64,000 nucleotides of DNA, taken from the human T2T-CHM13v2.0 reference genome, Homo sapiens. Under the pieces are notes generated by a model. That model did no database searches. It was not told the DNA's origin and saw only the letters and a list, made by a program, of their open reading frames with translations. Below, piece after piece: positions 47,217 through 61,405 of this stretch (position 1 is the stretch's first letter; each line of letters opens with the position of its first letter). Location: assembly GCF_009914755.1 (NCBI RefSeq), contig NC_060941.1; one strand, written 5' to 3'. The translations under genes and the position numbers were made by a program.

Positions 47217-47979
47217 AACAGTTTCTTACAAAGTTAAATGTACATCTACTTTATGACCAAGCAACTCTATTGCTACGTATTTACCCAAGAGAAATGAAAA
47301 CATATGTCTACAAAACACTTGTACAAGAATGTTTCTAGCAGCTTTATTCATAGTCGTCAAAAACTGGAAACAGCCCAAGTGTCCATCAACAGAATAGATA
47401 AATTGTAGTACATTCATTCAATTGAATACTTCTTAGTATTAAAAAGGAACAAAATAATAGTACAATCAGTGTAGAAGAGTCTCAGAAACGTGTTAGGCAA
47501 AAGAACAAGTGTCTGCAGTGATAGAAATAAGAACAGTGGTTTCCTATTGAGGACTGACTGGAGGAGAACCTAACAAATTTCTGGAAAGATAGAAATGTTC
47601 TAAATTTGATCACAGTATTGCTTACATGAGTACATATAGCTGTCAAAACTTATCAAAGTGTATAGTTAAGATCTTTGTAATTCACTATATATAAATTTTG
47701 TTGCAATAATTTTTAATATAGAATTATTTTTTAAAGGTAGCTGGAGTTTTTTCAATGGAAAACACTTTCAATTTAGAGTCAGAAGCTAGATTTCAAATTA
47801 TGTATTTTCTTTGAAAAATGAGTCAGTATTTTTCACAGTACTTTAAAGTTCCACAAGTACAGTGATTAAAATACATACACGCACACCCACATGCTCATAT
47901 AAAACAAATGAAAAAGTTTTGAAGTTTCTCAGTACACTTTTGCTTTAGCTACCAATATGAAATGAAAGGAGACACAAAT

Positions 47980-48277
47980 TGTTTTGTTTTGTTTCGTTTT
48001 GTTGGGACAGGGTCTCACTTTGTCACCCAGGCTGGAGTACAGTGGCAAGATCATAGCTCACTGCAGCCTTGACCTCTTGAGCCCAAGCTATCCTCCTGCC
48101 TCAGTAACTAGGACTACAGAAGCGCACCATCATACTTGGCTAATTTTTTTCTATTTTTTGTAAAGATAGTGTCTCACGATGTTGCCCAGGCTGGTCTGGA
48201 ACTCCTGGACTCAAGCAGTCCTCCCACCTCAGCCTCCCAAAGTGTTGGGATTACAGATGTGAGCCACCAGGCTCAGC
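47980..48277 (-). mobile_element. Alu (AluJ-like)
   Basis: Minus-strand Alu; TSD gagacac(a/t)aatt. Confidence 0.92.
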
Positions 48278-49697
48278 TGAGACACTAATTTGTTACCACA
48301 CTGAAGGAAAGATAACTCAGATATTATGTGAAGCTTTTCAGAACAAAGATATTGTCTGATATGAGTCTTCTTTTTCAATTTCAACAATTCCTATATATAC
48401 CAGTAAAAGAATCTCATGTGCCGAGATTCAGTTCTGACTTCAGTACTAGCTACTATCTCTTCTCTTGCAGTCTCTGTAATTCTTATTTCTCTCAGGCACC
48501 TAGGTAGAGTCTTACAATGGAACTACTAAGGAAGAAAGTTCACGTATTTGTTAGGAATACATGTAAGTGGAGGCAGTGGGGAATCCCTGGTGAACGTGTA
48601 TTTACAAGGGATTAAAAATAAGGATTTTAAAGGGCTTGGGAAACCTTTTTAGTGACTTGTCACCTAGAGCAGTGGCTCCTAAGCACCAGTCCATTTAAAG
48701 TTTTTAGTTAGTCCATGACAAAATAAGAAAATAGCAACAGCTCAGAATTTGTATGGATGTAGATATAATGTAGTTTTCCATATATATGTATGTAAAGATT
48801 AGATAATGTCCCTCCTACTTTTTTAATGTTAAAATCCTTTTTATTCTATGAAATATGGTGATCGTGGATGGTAATTATATTTTACATGTTCTTACATGGC
48901 AAAATACGAAGCAGCAATCCTTTGTTAGTCCCCAATTTATTTTTATTTGTAAATTTTTTTTAAGCTACTGATTTAAAGTACTACTCTAAATATCTACAGA
49001 AATTTGAATGAGTGAACATACTGAAGCATTCTTGTAGGCTGGTTGCATTTCAAAGTGAAAATCTAAAGAACATTAGTATCTCACCTCTTAAATTTATAAT
49101 TGAGAAACCTTATCATTTAGCAAAGGAAAATGAATTATTTCAGGAACAGTTCTCATTGTTTTACAGCATTAGTAGCATTAGGAAATTATTTGCATTTATC
49201 GTTCTGAATCCTAAAAATTATGATATCCTTAGATAAATATGCCCTCCTTACTTCCTAAGTGATGACATTTTTTTTGATACCTACATTAGTAGGTGACTTG
49301 TAAGTAATTCCTTCAAAACAGGAAATCTCAAAAAAAAATAATAATCAGAATTTAGAAGAATAAAATTAGCTTTATTAAGGGGGAAGGCAAGTACCCCCTT
49401 TTAAAAATAAAAAATAATATATCATCTACTTTACTCATGGGCTTAATCTACTAAGAATTTATGCAAATGAAAATGTAATTTTATTAGCAAATGAATTATT
49501 CATTCATTAAAATGTCTGGACCATAATTTACTACACATTACTGATCTCCATGCTTGAGAATGTGTTTGCAATGATATCCCAAAGAAAATCCCAACAGATG
49601 CATTATCATCAGCTGTTTTGTCTACTGGAAAATCATGACTTTCTTATGAAGGAACCTGGTTGAAGTTATTAAAGGAGATATAATTGAAGGGCGGGGA

Positions 49698-49890
49698 CAG
49701 TGGTGTGCTGGTAAATTTTTAACAGCCACCTGGGAGAGGAGGGCTGATTTGTAATATTTGCCAATTTTTATTGTGTAAATATTCCCACCATACACAATTC
49801 CAAGCTACCAGCTGTTTAACAGTCAGAGCTTGAAAATATTGCAGTGGCCTCTCCTGAACCAGTACAGGGATAGATAGCTCCAGCACAGTG
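49698..49890. mobile_element. MER63-like (hAT-Blackjack)
   Basis: cagtggtgtgctggtaaat...ctccagcacagtg, with terminal inverted-like ends. Confidence 0.65.
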
Positions 49891-51428
49891 AGTGATACTA
49901 GCTGATGGTGCTTAGCCAGGCAGAATGCAACTAGAAAATTCCTCTATGGAAATTAAAGGCATGGTTAAGCTTAAGGGAGCCAGAGCCTTCAAAATCAAGA
50001 ACATAACACCCACCCCCCTCGTTGTTTGGGTAAATCCCAGTTAGTTCCAAGCAACTCCTCTTTCTTCCTTAATACTTTGCACTCCCTGAAGGAATTTCAT
50101 GTTTTCTTAGTGCTTCGTCATCTAGAATACCACTCCATTAGTAGTGATTGTTAATAGAGCTGGAATCCATAGTTCATTTCACTCCCTAAAAACTTGGCAG
50201 ATGAAAGTAATTGTTAAAATTCTTCATAATTTGAGAACTGATTTGGATATTGAAATTAAATCTCTTTTATAAAGTTTATGCTTTAGGAGAAAAACAATAA
50301 GGGCTTATTAATCATTGCAAAAGATCTGTATATTTTCAAATATGGAAACAAAATAGTATGTTCAGTTTCAATTGGTCTTGACTTTCAAAGGCAAAAATAG
50401 CCAATTTTGTATGCAAGTCCACAGACATTTTCTTCTGTCCTCGGCTTCTTCTTTTTCCTCCTCAGATAAAACCTGTTTCTCACTCCAGGTATCTGATGAC
50501 TGCTTGCCCTCTTCCCTCTGCTTTCCCCCTTTCAGAGCCTGTGAGATCCTGCTAACAAATAACTTTTATTTGTTATTCACAATTCACTTAGACTAAAATG
50601 TTCTTTCAGTGTGGAAATTTTTGAATCTCTAATTGTTGAACCAAGAATCAATAAGCATTTATCAAGTGCAGAAGCCTGAAATTTTCCCAAGCTGCTTCGT
50701 CAGCATAGCCCTAAAGTTAAATTGATTTTGTCAATGCCGGATCATGTGGAGTCCAAGAGAGAACTGGACACAAACACAGCAGATGTTTGTCTTTTCCACT
50801 TGACTCCTCCACTTTTGGGAAGATCATGCAAGGGACTGGTCTCATTGCGGCTGCTTTAGGTATAGTCTAGGAAGCTGCTACGGTGTTGGGATCTAGCCAC
50901 CTGGTTCAACTCTGTCTAATGCCTGGGATTCCTTTTCTCTGTTACTCTGTCTCTTCCTTCCCACTACACATTCACATTCACATGCAGTCCTATATACTGT
51001 TTTAGACTTTAGACTTTACATAAACCTTTTTGGGGACATTCCCAAAAGAACATATGATACTATTCTCTTTAATGCTGTCAGATAGGGAAAAAAAAAAAAA
51101 AAAACAGAACATGTTCTACTCAGCTTTTTCATGTGTAAGAGAAAAATTACTTCCCATGTGCAAATTTTCTTAACTCCAATACTCAGGCTGTCTCACAACT
51201 ATTAATATGGAGATTTCTGAAAATGATGATATATATACTCATATGTGACAAAAGCCTTCATACCTGATTAAAAGCAAAATGAATTTACTAAGTTAATTTT
51301 TCCATGCCCTTAGAATAAATTATGTACCCTGAGCATTCACTAAACACATGACAAGCCTTTTCTAATATTTTGTTCCAAAGAAATATGTGATCAAAGATCC
51401 AGTAAGAACTCATTTATCCACTTGGTAA

Positions 51429-51656
<228 letters not shown>

Positions 51657-52999
51657 TGATTCCTCTTGGAAAGAGCTTAGACTGAAAAAGTTCTAGGTCC
51701 TAGTTTCATAAACTTCTACTATGTCCTAGAGCATTATGAAGAATAATTCCCGAAGAATTAATCTAATATTTTGAGAGATATGATCTAGAAAGACATTCTT
51801 TATACGTGACTCTCAGATTCCCATTTCTGTTGCTCTGGATGAGGTTTAATAACATGTTCCTCAAAATAGCATGAAAAGAAAGTCAATTTTTCTAGACTGT
51901 TCTGAGGACAGCAGTGTAAAGATGATCTCTAACACTTTGACTTTCGTTTAACATTTTTTGATCATTTAATGCTATGCAAAATTCAGTTCAATCTACATCC
52001 TAGAATGAGATTTTCTGGTTCCTCCCTCTGCTTCTACTTAAACAACTCTTCTATAGCATGAATATGGACTTTCCTCTATATCTGTCCTCCTTTAACAAAA
52101 ATTGGCAATATTAGGGCTTTAGATTAAATTTACTACAACTGAGAGAGAAGGTTTTTGTTGTTGTTGTTGTTTTTTCTAATTACTTTCCCTTCTCACTCAC
52201 TGGTCACTTAATGGCCTGGAATAAGGACCAGGAATGTGAGACTGAGCCTGTAAAAATATATGGGCTAAAGATAAATGACTCTGCTTTCCCCAGCCTTCTC
52301 ATTGTAGCTGAGTTGGTGTCCCATTCTTTACATATTCACACTTGGTTTGGAACAATGTTTCTCATTCTTTTTATAAAAATTATTTCCTCCTATGATGAAT
52401 ATTAAAATCTCAAACATTATATGCTTATCTCACTATTTGGATGCAGCCCCCTTGTCATAAGTGCTGATGTACAGAAAATAGTCTGTACATTTAAGTCCCT
52501 CCTTTCCCCCTCTGCCAGGCACTTAGCATTATTTCCATATATTGACCAGTTAGCATTACTGTCTTCCATGATGAGAAACTATATTTCTAATCCTGGCCAC
52601 CACCTTACAGATGTTTATTATTAATCTCAAAGTAGTTTGAGCTAAAGGATATGGATAAATCAATATAAATCCATCTTTACAACTAAAAATTATATAACCT
52701 ATCATTATTAGTAGCTTGATTGTTAAAAATGAAAGATGAATGAAAGAAACCTCCAGGAATGTAATCTCTGACTGCTTTACCAAATGGATGCTTTGGAGAT
52801 GTTATCCTCATACATATTCTCACATAATATCATGTGCAGTCTCAAAAGAAATTGTGTTTCCGGATAGAGTAGGTGACTTTAATTTTTCAGCTGTGCCAAC
52901 AGAAAAAGTACTTCAACTAAGAATTTTTAAAAATTATTTCATTTCCGACAGTGAAAGAATTTATAGGTTTTAGAAAATGAGCCTTCATTTATATTTGAT

Positions 53000-54200
53000 C
53001 ATCATTATTTCCACAAACATTTCTTAAGAGTATTTCAGGGACTGTTCTAGGGGCTGGAGATTCAAAATGAACAAGACAGGCAATATTCCCATCCTCCTAA
53101 AGCTTATATTTTAGTAAGGAACACAAAAAACAAATGAGCAAAAAGTTAAACATATACTAAAATTACAGGTAGTGTTGAGTGCTATGAAGAAAAACAAAAT
53201 AGGGTGGAGGGATAACTGGATAGTAGTTGTTTTAGATAGGATATATAGGAAAGGCCTCTCGTTTAAAAGTGATGAGATCTGATCTGTCTTTTTTAAAGAT
53301 TTCTGTCAACTGGCCGTCTACATAATAAAATGTAAGGGATAAAGAGTTGAAGCAGAAGTATAGGTGAAAGGTAATGGTGGCTTAGACTAGAGTGATAATG
53401 ATGGGGACCATGTGAAATGGTCATATTTCGTTGGACTGTATTTTGAAGGAGAGTAAAAGGACTTGATGATGGGCTGAATGTGGGTGTCAGCAAGAGAGAA
53501 GACTCAAGAATGAATCCTGGGTATGTTGTGAGCAAATGGGTGAATGATGATTTGAGGACAATAGAAAGATCACAGATATCTTCTAGAATTTGGTGGTAGA
53601 GTCAGTGGTAATGCCATTTATTGACATGGGGTGAGTTTTGTGGCGGGGGACAAAATTAAGTACTGATTTGGTCACATTGTCTATGAAATATCCAAATGTA
53701 AATGTTGAGTAGACAGATATAAGATGGGACTCAGGGGAGATGACTAAGCTAGAAACATAAAGTTAGGCATGAGCCACATATAGATAATATTTAGCACCAT
53801 GGGACTAAAGAATCTATTGATGGGAGTGAGAATGGCTAGAGAAGAGGAAAGAACAGAGCCCAGAGCCCTGGGTGAGCTGGGAAATAAAAAAAAGAGCCAG
53901 CAAAAAAGGGAAGGTTAAAAGTGGCCAGTGTGCTAAGAGAGAAAAGAGGGGAACGTTCTCTGGGAGCAAGCTGCAGAAAGTGACTCCAAAAAAAGTGCAT
54001 TGAGGTGAGATGCGTTGTGTCAAATATTGCCGAGAGGTTGAGGAAGATGAGAACTGGAACTTTATTATCGGATTTGGCAAAGTGAAAGTTACTGATGCCC
54101 TTGACAAGAACCATTTCAGTGAGGTGGTGAGGGTGCAGCCTGATTGGAACAAATGGAGGAGAGAATGGGAAGGAAAGAATTATAGATAGCGAATACAGAA
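53000..54200 (-). mobile_element. L2 fragment
   Basis: The minus strand gives an L2 RT-like remnant (VLIFLNLSAIFDT) and typical purine-rich L2 reverse-complement sequence. Confidence 0.75.
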
Positions 54201-54992
54201 AACTTTTGTGAAAAATGGGAACAGAGATACAGGGTAGTAGCTGGAAGGAAGAATATGGAGTTTATGTATGTGTGACCCAGCTGAGAAGAAACAGATGCAG
54301 GAGAGGGAATGGGTACTCACAGGAGCAAAGTCCGTGGGTAGGTAAGAAAGGATGGAATCCAGTGCATAGGAGTAGCCACAAAGCCATATCACCTTCCCCC
54401 AGTAGAATTTCCAACAGATTCTATTGGAATCTGTTACCAAGGTGCCAAGCTTCCTACTGTTAGAAGTGTACCTTTCGGCTAAGGTATCTCCAGAAGGCCC
54501 GCATTTAAATGTAGTCATTTTATACATCTGTGTTGTGTGGGAAATTTTTTTTTAAATAGTCATTTTATTAGGAGAGTTAGAAAGCCAACTTTTTCTAAGC
54601 CATTCTTTGAATCTTTGTACATTTCTCTTACTGACTTGTACTTGGCATTATGCCCTGGTTTACACTGAGAAAAATTACAGCAAAAGAGTTATACAGTGCT
54701 CCGTTTTCTATTTATTTCAGGAGTGTTGTTTAGAATGACGATCATGAAATCACTCCAAAAGCACTCTTTACAAAGACCCATTTAAAAATATATCTTAAGT
54801 CTCAATGTTAGGAGAAGTTGTGTCCCTTCTATGCAACTAATTTGTTTTACTTTTTGGATACTAATACTTGATCATGTTTCCCTGTTTGGCCACTTCGAAG
54901 TTCAGAATACATTTGTGAACCTCATAGTTTATCACAAGAGTTAGGGGAAACTGAAGGTCTTTCTGTCTCTTTCTCTCTCTCCATCTTTTTAG

Positions 54993-55601
<609 letters not shown>

Positions 55602-56869
55602 TAAGACATATATCTGTGATAAGCAATTCTGAGTCTGTTTTCTGTTTATTGCATGGAGTGTGAGTATTGAAAGTAGAAGTGTTCTTCATTGAACATTTCA
55701 CATAGAAGAGACATCATCTGTGTTTCTTCTCAAGGCAAGGCTATAATGAGGTTAACTAATTTATTGTTTTACAATGTTATTTCCTTAAGACTCAACATCT
55801 GCATAGATATTTAGAATGCTATCCTACGTTCCTGTGTTCTTCTAAATAATTTTCACTGACCCCACAGGGTTCACAGGCTATAATTAAGTTAACCATTTAA
55901 TGGACTTCCTCAGTATTATTATTCTGATATGAAGAAAGAATTGATATATTGTAAATCTCTTTGATTTAGAGCAGAATCATTTCAAAGTTTTTATTGCCCT
56001 TTTATAAAACCTTATCATTTTTAAAGTTTCCAGTGACTAAATCCATTAAAGTCCAGCCAATGCTAAGCTTTATACTAGAAAATACAATCTTAAACCTCTT
56101 AGCTGAAAAAGATTTGAAGAGATCAGCTGGTCTATCCATGCTGCCTTTAGATACGTAAGGTGTCATTATCTCCATTTTGCTATAAAGGCCTTAAGATGCT
56201 GGATCAACTTGCACAAAGTCATAAGGTTAATACATGGGAGAAGGGAGGGGCACACACCAGAATAGGGATCACAAGTGCATGATATATCCCACCACTCCCC
56301 ACCCCACACGCACAACAGGATCACTGATTTACCCCAGCACTCTTTCCCAATGAGCTTGAACCTGACTTGAGAATCTTTCTCAACTCAAACCAGACTAGAT
56401 ATGAAACTGTTTCCCTTTTTATTGCATGAAACCTAGTTCTCTGGCATCCTGGTCGGGGTGTGCTTTTACTCCGTCATACTAACATTTTTAAAGACGTATT
56501 CCTTTAATAAAGTTGGTGTTTTCAAAAGCCGGGTACATTACTGACTTCATGGAAACAAAGAAGACACCAACAACATAGCTGGCAAATGCAGAGCTTATTT
56601 TGGCTCAAAAAGAAGAGGCCAGATTTGACTATGCCTCACATGTGACTCATCAGAAAGAATAAAACTCTGTGTTCATGCTGGGGTTTTATTGCCCTTCACC
56701 GTGTCCTTCACCAGGCCTTATTAGAGACAACTGTACTGTGGGCATGCTGCTCAGCCTACTCCATGCTGATTCATCAGAAAATTAGTTCCAGATTATGATG
56801 AAGATATTAAGCCAGGCAATAGACTTTGTAGCATTTTCTCTGAGAGGGAAGCTTTTTTAAAGAAACATG

Positions 56870-57070
56870 CTGTAGTGGAAAGAACATAAACTCTTGAGTC
56901 AAATTACCTGCATATAAATCCTGCCTCTTCTAGGAACTTTGACCTTTGGAAAAAGTTACATAGTGTTTCTAAGACTTAGTTTTCTTATCTACATAAGAGC
57001 AATAATAATGCCTTTTTTCTAGAGTTGTTGAGAAGTTAAGTGAGGTCATATAGTATGATGCCTAGAATAG
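56870..57070 (+). mobile_element. MIR
   Basis: tgtagtggaaagaac...aatcctgcctct...gacctttggaaaaagttac...agttttcttatct. Confidence 0.65.
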
Positions 57071-58562
57071 TACAGAGTAAAAGAAACACTTGGGGTATGT
57101 TCTTTTTCCTCCCCTCACCCTGCAGTAATAGACCCTTCTGGTGTATCTTAGTTAAATCCTGTGGCTAATCGGATAGCGACAGCCATCTTCTGCTGTTATC
57201 ATTTTGGAGCACAAGATTTTAAAAAGAAACAATAAAAACAATCCAAGTCCCTTCTGTGAATTGTATGATGTTCCCAAAAGGATTTTACTATAAATCCTAC
57301 TAGAGCTGTTGTCAATATTTAATACAAAGAACTGGCAACTATGTATATAGGAAAAAGAAACTAATGTAGAATTGCCTAATAAACGCTTTGAGATCAGTTC
57401 CCAGAGAAACTTTGCTAGCTGATCTGGGACCTTAGATCCTGGGACATCTCAGAGGATTGAAAGCTGAGGTCCAAGGCAACCAGACTACCACTGAATTAAT
57501 AGTATCCTTACAACAGATGAAATCCTCAGGGGCTCTCAGAGGAGAAAATACGGCTTTTATACAGCCATATCATGACTATACAGGCTTTGCCTTCTCAACA
57601 TCGCATTTTAACTAGGAGTTTTGCAGCAACCGACTGATGCACTGGGACAAGAGGAGCAGGTACTTCCAACTTCAAATCCTGTATAATCCGTTCCCTGATG
57701 ATTGAATAGCATGGCTGCTGAGAGATCATCTTATTTCACTTAATGGCAGAGAGTAAAATTGTAAACAGGACCAGGAGTTATCAAAAAAAGCTTTCTTAGA
57801 TTTCATTTCAGTTGGAACTCAGCCCCCTCCCCAGCAATGGCTGGCACCAACCTTGTTACTAAAGTACTGAAGTATTGATCTCAGTGCTTAAGGCTCCCTA
57901 GGTCAATGAGATGGAAATTCACTAAGAATTTAATGCTATTGGCAAAGCCCAAGCTGGTCTTTCAAAGCAGCTGGCTGCACTTGTTTTCCATTTCAGGCAG
58001 GTCTGATTAGCAGGACTCTCTCCAGGCATGGTTTGTCTTTGTGGCCTTCAGCCTCCACTTCTTGCACATTGTTTCTCCTTCTGTTCTCCACTTTCTCTCC
58101 TTCTCTCTAAAGCATCTTTCAGTAGATCAAAGAAGACCAATTCAGTGCCTCTGAAATCACACCAGGTAAGCCAGTGCCTGACATGTACATCTCTGTGGTG
58201 TAAGGAGAGCTTCCAGAGGCAACACAACATTCTTACCCTTTTTAGTCCATTTTCCTGGGCTTTCAGCACTCAATTGCCAAAAAGTAGTTGATCTTCTCCA
58301 GAAATAGGCTACCCAAGGAGGTTGCTTCTGCCTGAGCTGAAAAGAGTCAGTAATCTGAGAATGGTGCTGGAAGCAGGAAATAGCAGAGCCAGAGGTTAAT
58401 GCTACAGCTGAGATTGAGTTTTCATTATTTTGAATACCAGACTGCTTATTGTCTCAGAATCTGGGCAAGGACTTGACCTACCAGAGAGAATGACCTAACG
58501 TTACATAGATGTATCGTTGTCTCATTGTCATAGAAATAAATGAGTAACAAGGTGAGTAGAGT

Positions 58563-58582
58563 GAGAGAGAGAGAGAGAGAGA

Positions 58583-58629
<47 letters not shown>

Positions 58630-58634
58630 TGTGT
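58563..58634. repeat. Compound (GA)n(TG)n microsatellite
   Basis: Direct inspection. Confidence 0.95.
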
Positions 58635-59184
58635 ATCAAACTGTAAGCAGAGTATCACTGAAGAATCTTTTAGATTTGCAGTTTAGGTAAAATATGCCCC
58701 TTGAAGCAATCACAAACCTTAGACCATACCACCTCATTCTGCTCTCTGTTTCCCACTGTTCATCACTGTCAGCCTTCTGACATACCCTGAACTTAATCTG
58801 TCCTATGTTTTATTCTCTTGGGCACGGAGATATCAGATTAACTCACTAATTTAATAAGCGAATTCCTGCTATTATGCTAATAGTAAAGAGATGGAAAACC
58901 TATTTGAGGCAACTTGTGCATTTAAAATAAGACATTTGAGAGAAGTAGTCATCGGCCTTTGTTAGGCAACCTTTTAGTGACTCTCATAGTAGAAATTTAA
59001 GGCTGATAGAGTAGACAGTCGGAGCTACCAGCCTTGTGGTGCAGTCCAGTTACTGCTTAATATTTCTATATCGCTTTAGGCTCGCCCTGAATAAATCTCC
59101 ACTCTGTTCTGTTTCTATTCCTCATTTTCTCAATTTTCATGATATCTAACTTTCCCTTCCATAGGAACGGCTCTCAGATTAATA

Positions 59185-59186
<2 letters not shown>

Positions 59187-59223
<37 letters not shown>
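59187..59223. repeat. (TG)n microsatellite
   Basis: Direct inspection. Confidence 0.95.
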
Positions 59224-59227
<4 letters not shown>

Positions 59228-59279
59228 TTTTGCCAGAGATTAAAAGACTACTGCGTTATTATGTGTGTATTTTTGTGGG

Positions 59280-59863
59280 GTTTGTTTTTATTTTTTTAAT
59301 ACAGTATCTCACTCTGTCACTCAGGCTGGAGTGCAGTGGCACAGTCACGGCTCACTGAAGTCTCAACCTCCTGGGCTCTGGCAATCCTCCTACCTTAGCT
59401 TCCTGTGTAACTGTGACCACAGGCACATGCCACCATGCCTAATTTTTTTTGTTTGTAGAGAAAGAGTCTTACTGTGTTCCTGGTCTCAAACTCAGGTTCA
59501 AGCCATCCACCCACCTTGTCCTCCCAAAGTGCTGGGATTACAGGGATGAGCTACTGCACCAGCATTTTTTTTTTTTTTCCGAGACAGAGTGTCCTGTCAC
59601 CCAGGCTAGAGTGCAGTGATGCGATTTCACATCACTGCAACCTCTGCCTCCTGAGTTCAAGCAATTCTCCTGCCTCAGCCTCCCAAGTAGCTGGGATATT
59701 ACAGGTGCCTGCTACCTTGCCCGGCTAACTTTTTTGTATTTTTAGTAGAGACGGAGTTTCACCAATTTGGCCAGGCTGGTCTCGTACTCCTGACCTCAGG
59801 TGGTCTGCCCACCTCAGCCTCCCAAAGTGCTAGGATTACAGGCATAAGCCACCGTGCCCAGCC
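59280..59863 (-). mobile_element. Two tandem Alus (AluJ-like 59280-59563; AluS-like 59565-59863)
   Basis: Two consecutive minus-strand Alu dimers. Confidence 0.92.
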
Positions 59864-59956
59864 TAGCCAGCCTTATTTTTAAATGTTTGAATAAGATACA
59901 AGAAGCTTGTTGTGAACTTCATGTAATGAGTGTTGAGTTGATACAACCTAATGAGA

Positions 59957-59996
59957 TTGTGATGTGGGAGCCTAAGGTTGTGATGTGGGAGCCTAA
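59957..59996. repeat. 21-bp-period tandem duplication
   Basis: ttgtgatgtgggagcctaa-gg-ttgtgatgtgggagcctaa. Confidence 0.93.
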
Positions 59997-61405
59997 TTTG
60001 GTTTGACCTGATTTCCTCAAATTAAAGACAGCAAATCCTGTGATGAATGGAAAGGGAAAAGGCGACACAAATCCTACCTATACCATGGGATAGTTGAGTA
60101 CTTACTTGATTCTTTATGACCAGAATTGATTGCTTATAATAAGTGGTTTGTCGAGGTTTTTCCTAATTTATTTGACCATATTAGTAAGTGAATTACACGT
60201 TGGAGACCTGATGCTCCAAAATCCATTGCCACAAAGCAGGGTGTCAGAGAACAAGCAGTTTGTCTAAGGAAAAAGAGAGGGTGTCCTCCCCAAAGTGAAA
60301 AATAACTGTGCCAGAGGTCTGTATAACAGGGCTTCTTATAGAATAGATGGGGTTGAAATGACTACAAAATAAATGGTGAGTTGAAGTTTGTGTTGATTTT
60401 GTTTTTTAAATCTAAATATGAGCCTCCAGGCAAGATGACAATTAACCTTACCCTCACTGAAGCACAAACTTGAGGTCACTGCTCCTGATAGCCATTGCAG
60501 GCTCCCAGAGCAGACCCTTAAACTGGAGGATGGGTTCTGCTTTCTCAAAGCATTAGGAGAGAATTCAGCAAAATGATGAAGCATGGGAAGGAAAAAGGGC
60601 CTCTTAGAACTAAATCAACCCTTAGGAGGCTTGGAAGAGTTAAAGCAGAGAAAAGAGAATGTACCAGACATCTTTTATTCACACTTTCAATTTTTTTTTA
60701 ATTTTTAATTTTTGTGGGTACATGGTATATACATACATACATATATATATATATGGTTACATGAGATATTTTGATATAGGCATGCAGTGTGTAATAATCA
60801 CATCAGGGTAAAATATCCATCACCTCAAGCAGTTATCCTTTGTGTTTCACACAATCCAATTATACTCTTTTAGTTATTTTTAAATGTTTGATTAAATTAT
60901 TTTTTACTCTAGTCACCTTGTTGTGCCAGCAAATTCTAGGTCTTATTTATTCTTTCTATGTTTTGTACCCATTAGCCATGCCCCCCCTTTCCACCAACCC
61001 CTCCCCAGTCCTGACTACCCTTCCTAGCTGGTAACCTTCCCCTACTCTCTATCTCCATGAGTTCAATTATTTTAATTTTTAGCTCTGACAGATAAGTGAG
61101 AACACGCAATGTCTGTCTTTCAGTGCCTGGCTTATTTCACTTAACGTAATGACCTCCAGTTCCATCCATGTTGTTGTAAATGACAGGGCCTCATTCTTTT
61201 TTATGGCTGAATAATACTCCGTTGTGTATATGCACCACATTTTGTTTATCCATTTGTCTGTTGGTGGACACTTAAGTTACTTCCAAATCTTGGCTGTTGT
61301 GAGTAGTGCTGTAACAAACATGAAACTGCAGATATCTCTTCAATATACTGATTTCCTTTCTTTTGGGTATATACATAGGACTGGGATTGCTGGATCGTAT
61401 GGTAG

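Noticed and set aside
46003-49890. Two similar segments 3.7 kb apart suggesting a local duplication
   Set aside because: Better explained as independent MER63-family copies.
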